From a virus (Duplodnaviria > Caudoviricetes): 25,075 bases of DNA. The stretch is from IMG/VR virus record IMGVR_UViG_3300026931_000018, positions 1 to 25,075 of that record; one strand, given 5' to 3'. Position numbers and translations under genes: made by a program. Shown here piece by piece: positions 24,998 through 25,075 of this stretch; the first letter of the stretch is position 1, and every line of letters starts with the position of its first letter. The notes under the pieces were generated by a model that made no database searches, was not told where the DNA came from, and saw only the letters and a program-made list of their open reading frames with translations.

Positions 24998-25075
24998 TCA
25001 CAATTTATAATAATTGTTAATAGTTTGCATAAACTCATCTAAACTCCAGCATACTGCACACAAGTAGCCTTTATT
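24998..25075 (-). CDS. C-terminus of a probable VRR-NUC nuclease (partial)
   Basis: Own translation NKGYLCAVCWSLDEFMQTINNYYKL*; GY...V..S.DEF...I..Y resembles the VRR-NUC C-terminus. Confidence 0.55.
   Translation of the reverse strand, partial: NKGYLCAVCWSLDEFMQTINNYYKL

Noticed and set aside
24994-25002. DnaA-box-like TTATTCACA
   Set aside because: Single copy overlapping a stop codon; expected by chance in AT-rich DNA.
1-25075. Alternative genetic code, tRNAs, integrase, introns/inteins, DGR
   Set aside because: Genes tile fully under code 11. No cloverleaf, recombinase, reverse transcriptase, intein motif or TR/VR pair was seen by eye.

Overview
About 25 kb of an AT-rich tailed dsDNA phage (siphovirus-like, HK97-type head), with essentially all genes on the minus strand in the standard genetic code. 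The host is most likely Bacteroidota, judged from a perfect TTTG-N19-TAnnTTTG promoter and start codons that lack Shine-Dalgarno sequences. In transcription order (right to left) the window holds: the end of a VRR-NUC nuclease, an SSB-like protein, a DUF1599-like protein, a sigma-like factor, HAD phosphatase, ParB-like and HNH genes, terS, a repeat-rich spacer, terL, a -1 frameshifted tail chaperone, tail genes and tape measure, XkdF-type protease, scaffold, capsid, major tail, portal, adaptors, a fibre-like protein, a lysis cassette (two holin candidates, u-spanin, GH24 lysozyme), a metallophosphoesterase, a non-coding junction, then early genes (DnaA-CTD-like protein, ERF, YqaJ exonuclease). 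The most notable observations are: (1) a shared pair of 18-bp palindromes 40-41 bp apart in both large intergenic regions, embedded in arrays of other short repeats; (2) a CCTATTTA candidate late-promoter motif plus a phage sigma-like gene; (3) Phe-bounded extra domains in head proteins and on a HAD phosphatase, suggesting a protease-released capsid cargo system. All family calls come from motif recognition only; no database searches were run.
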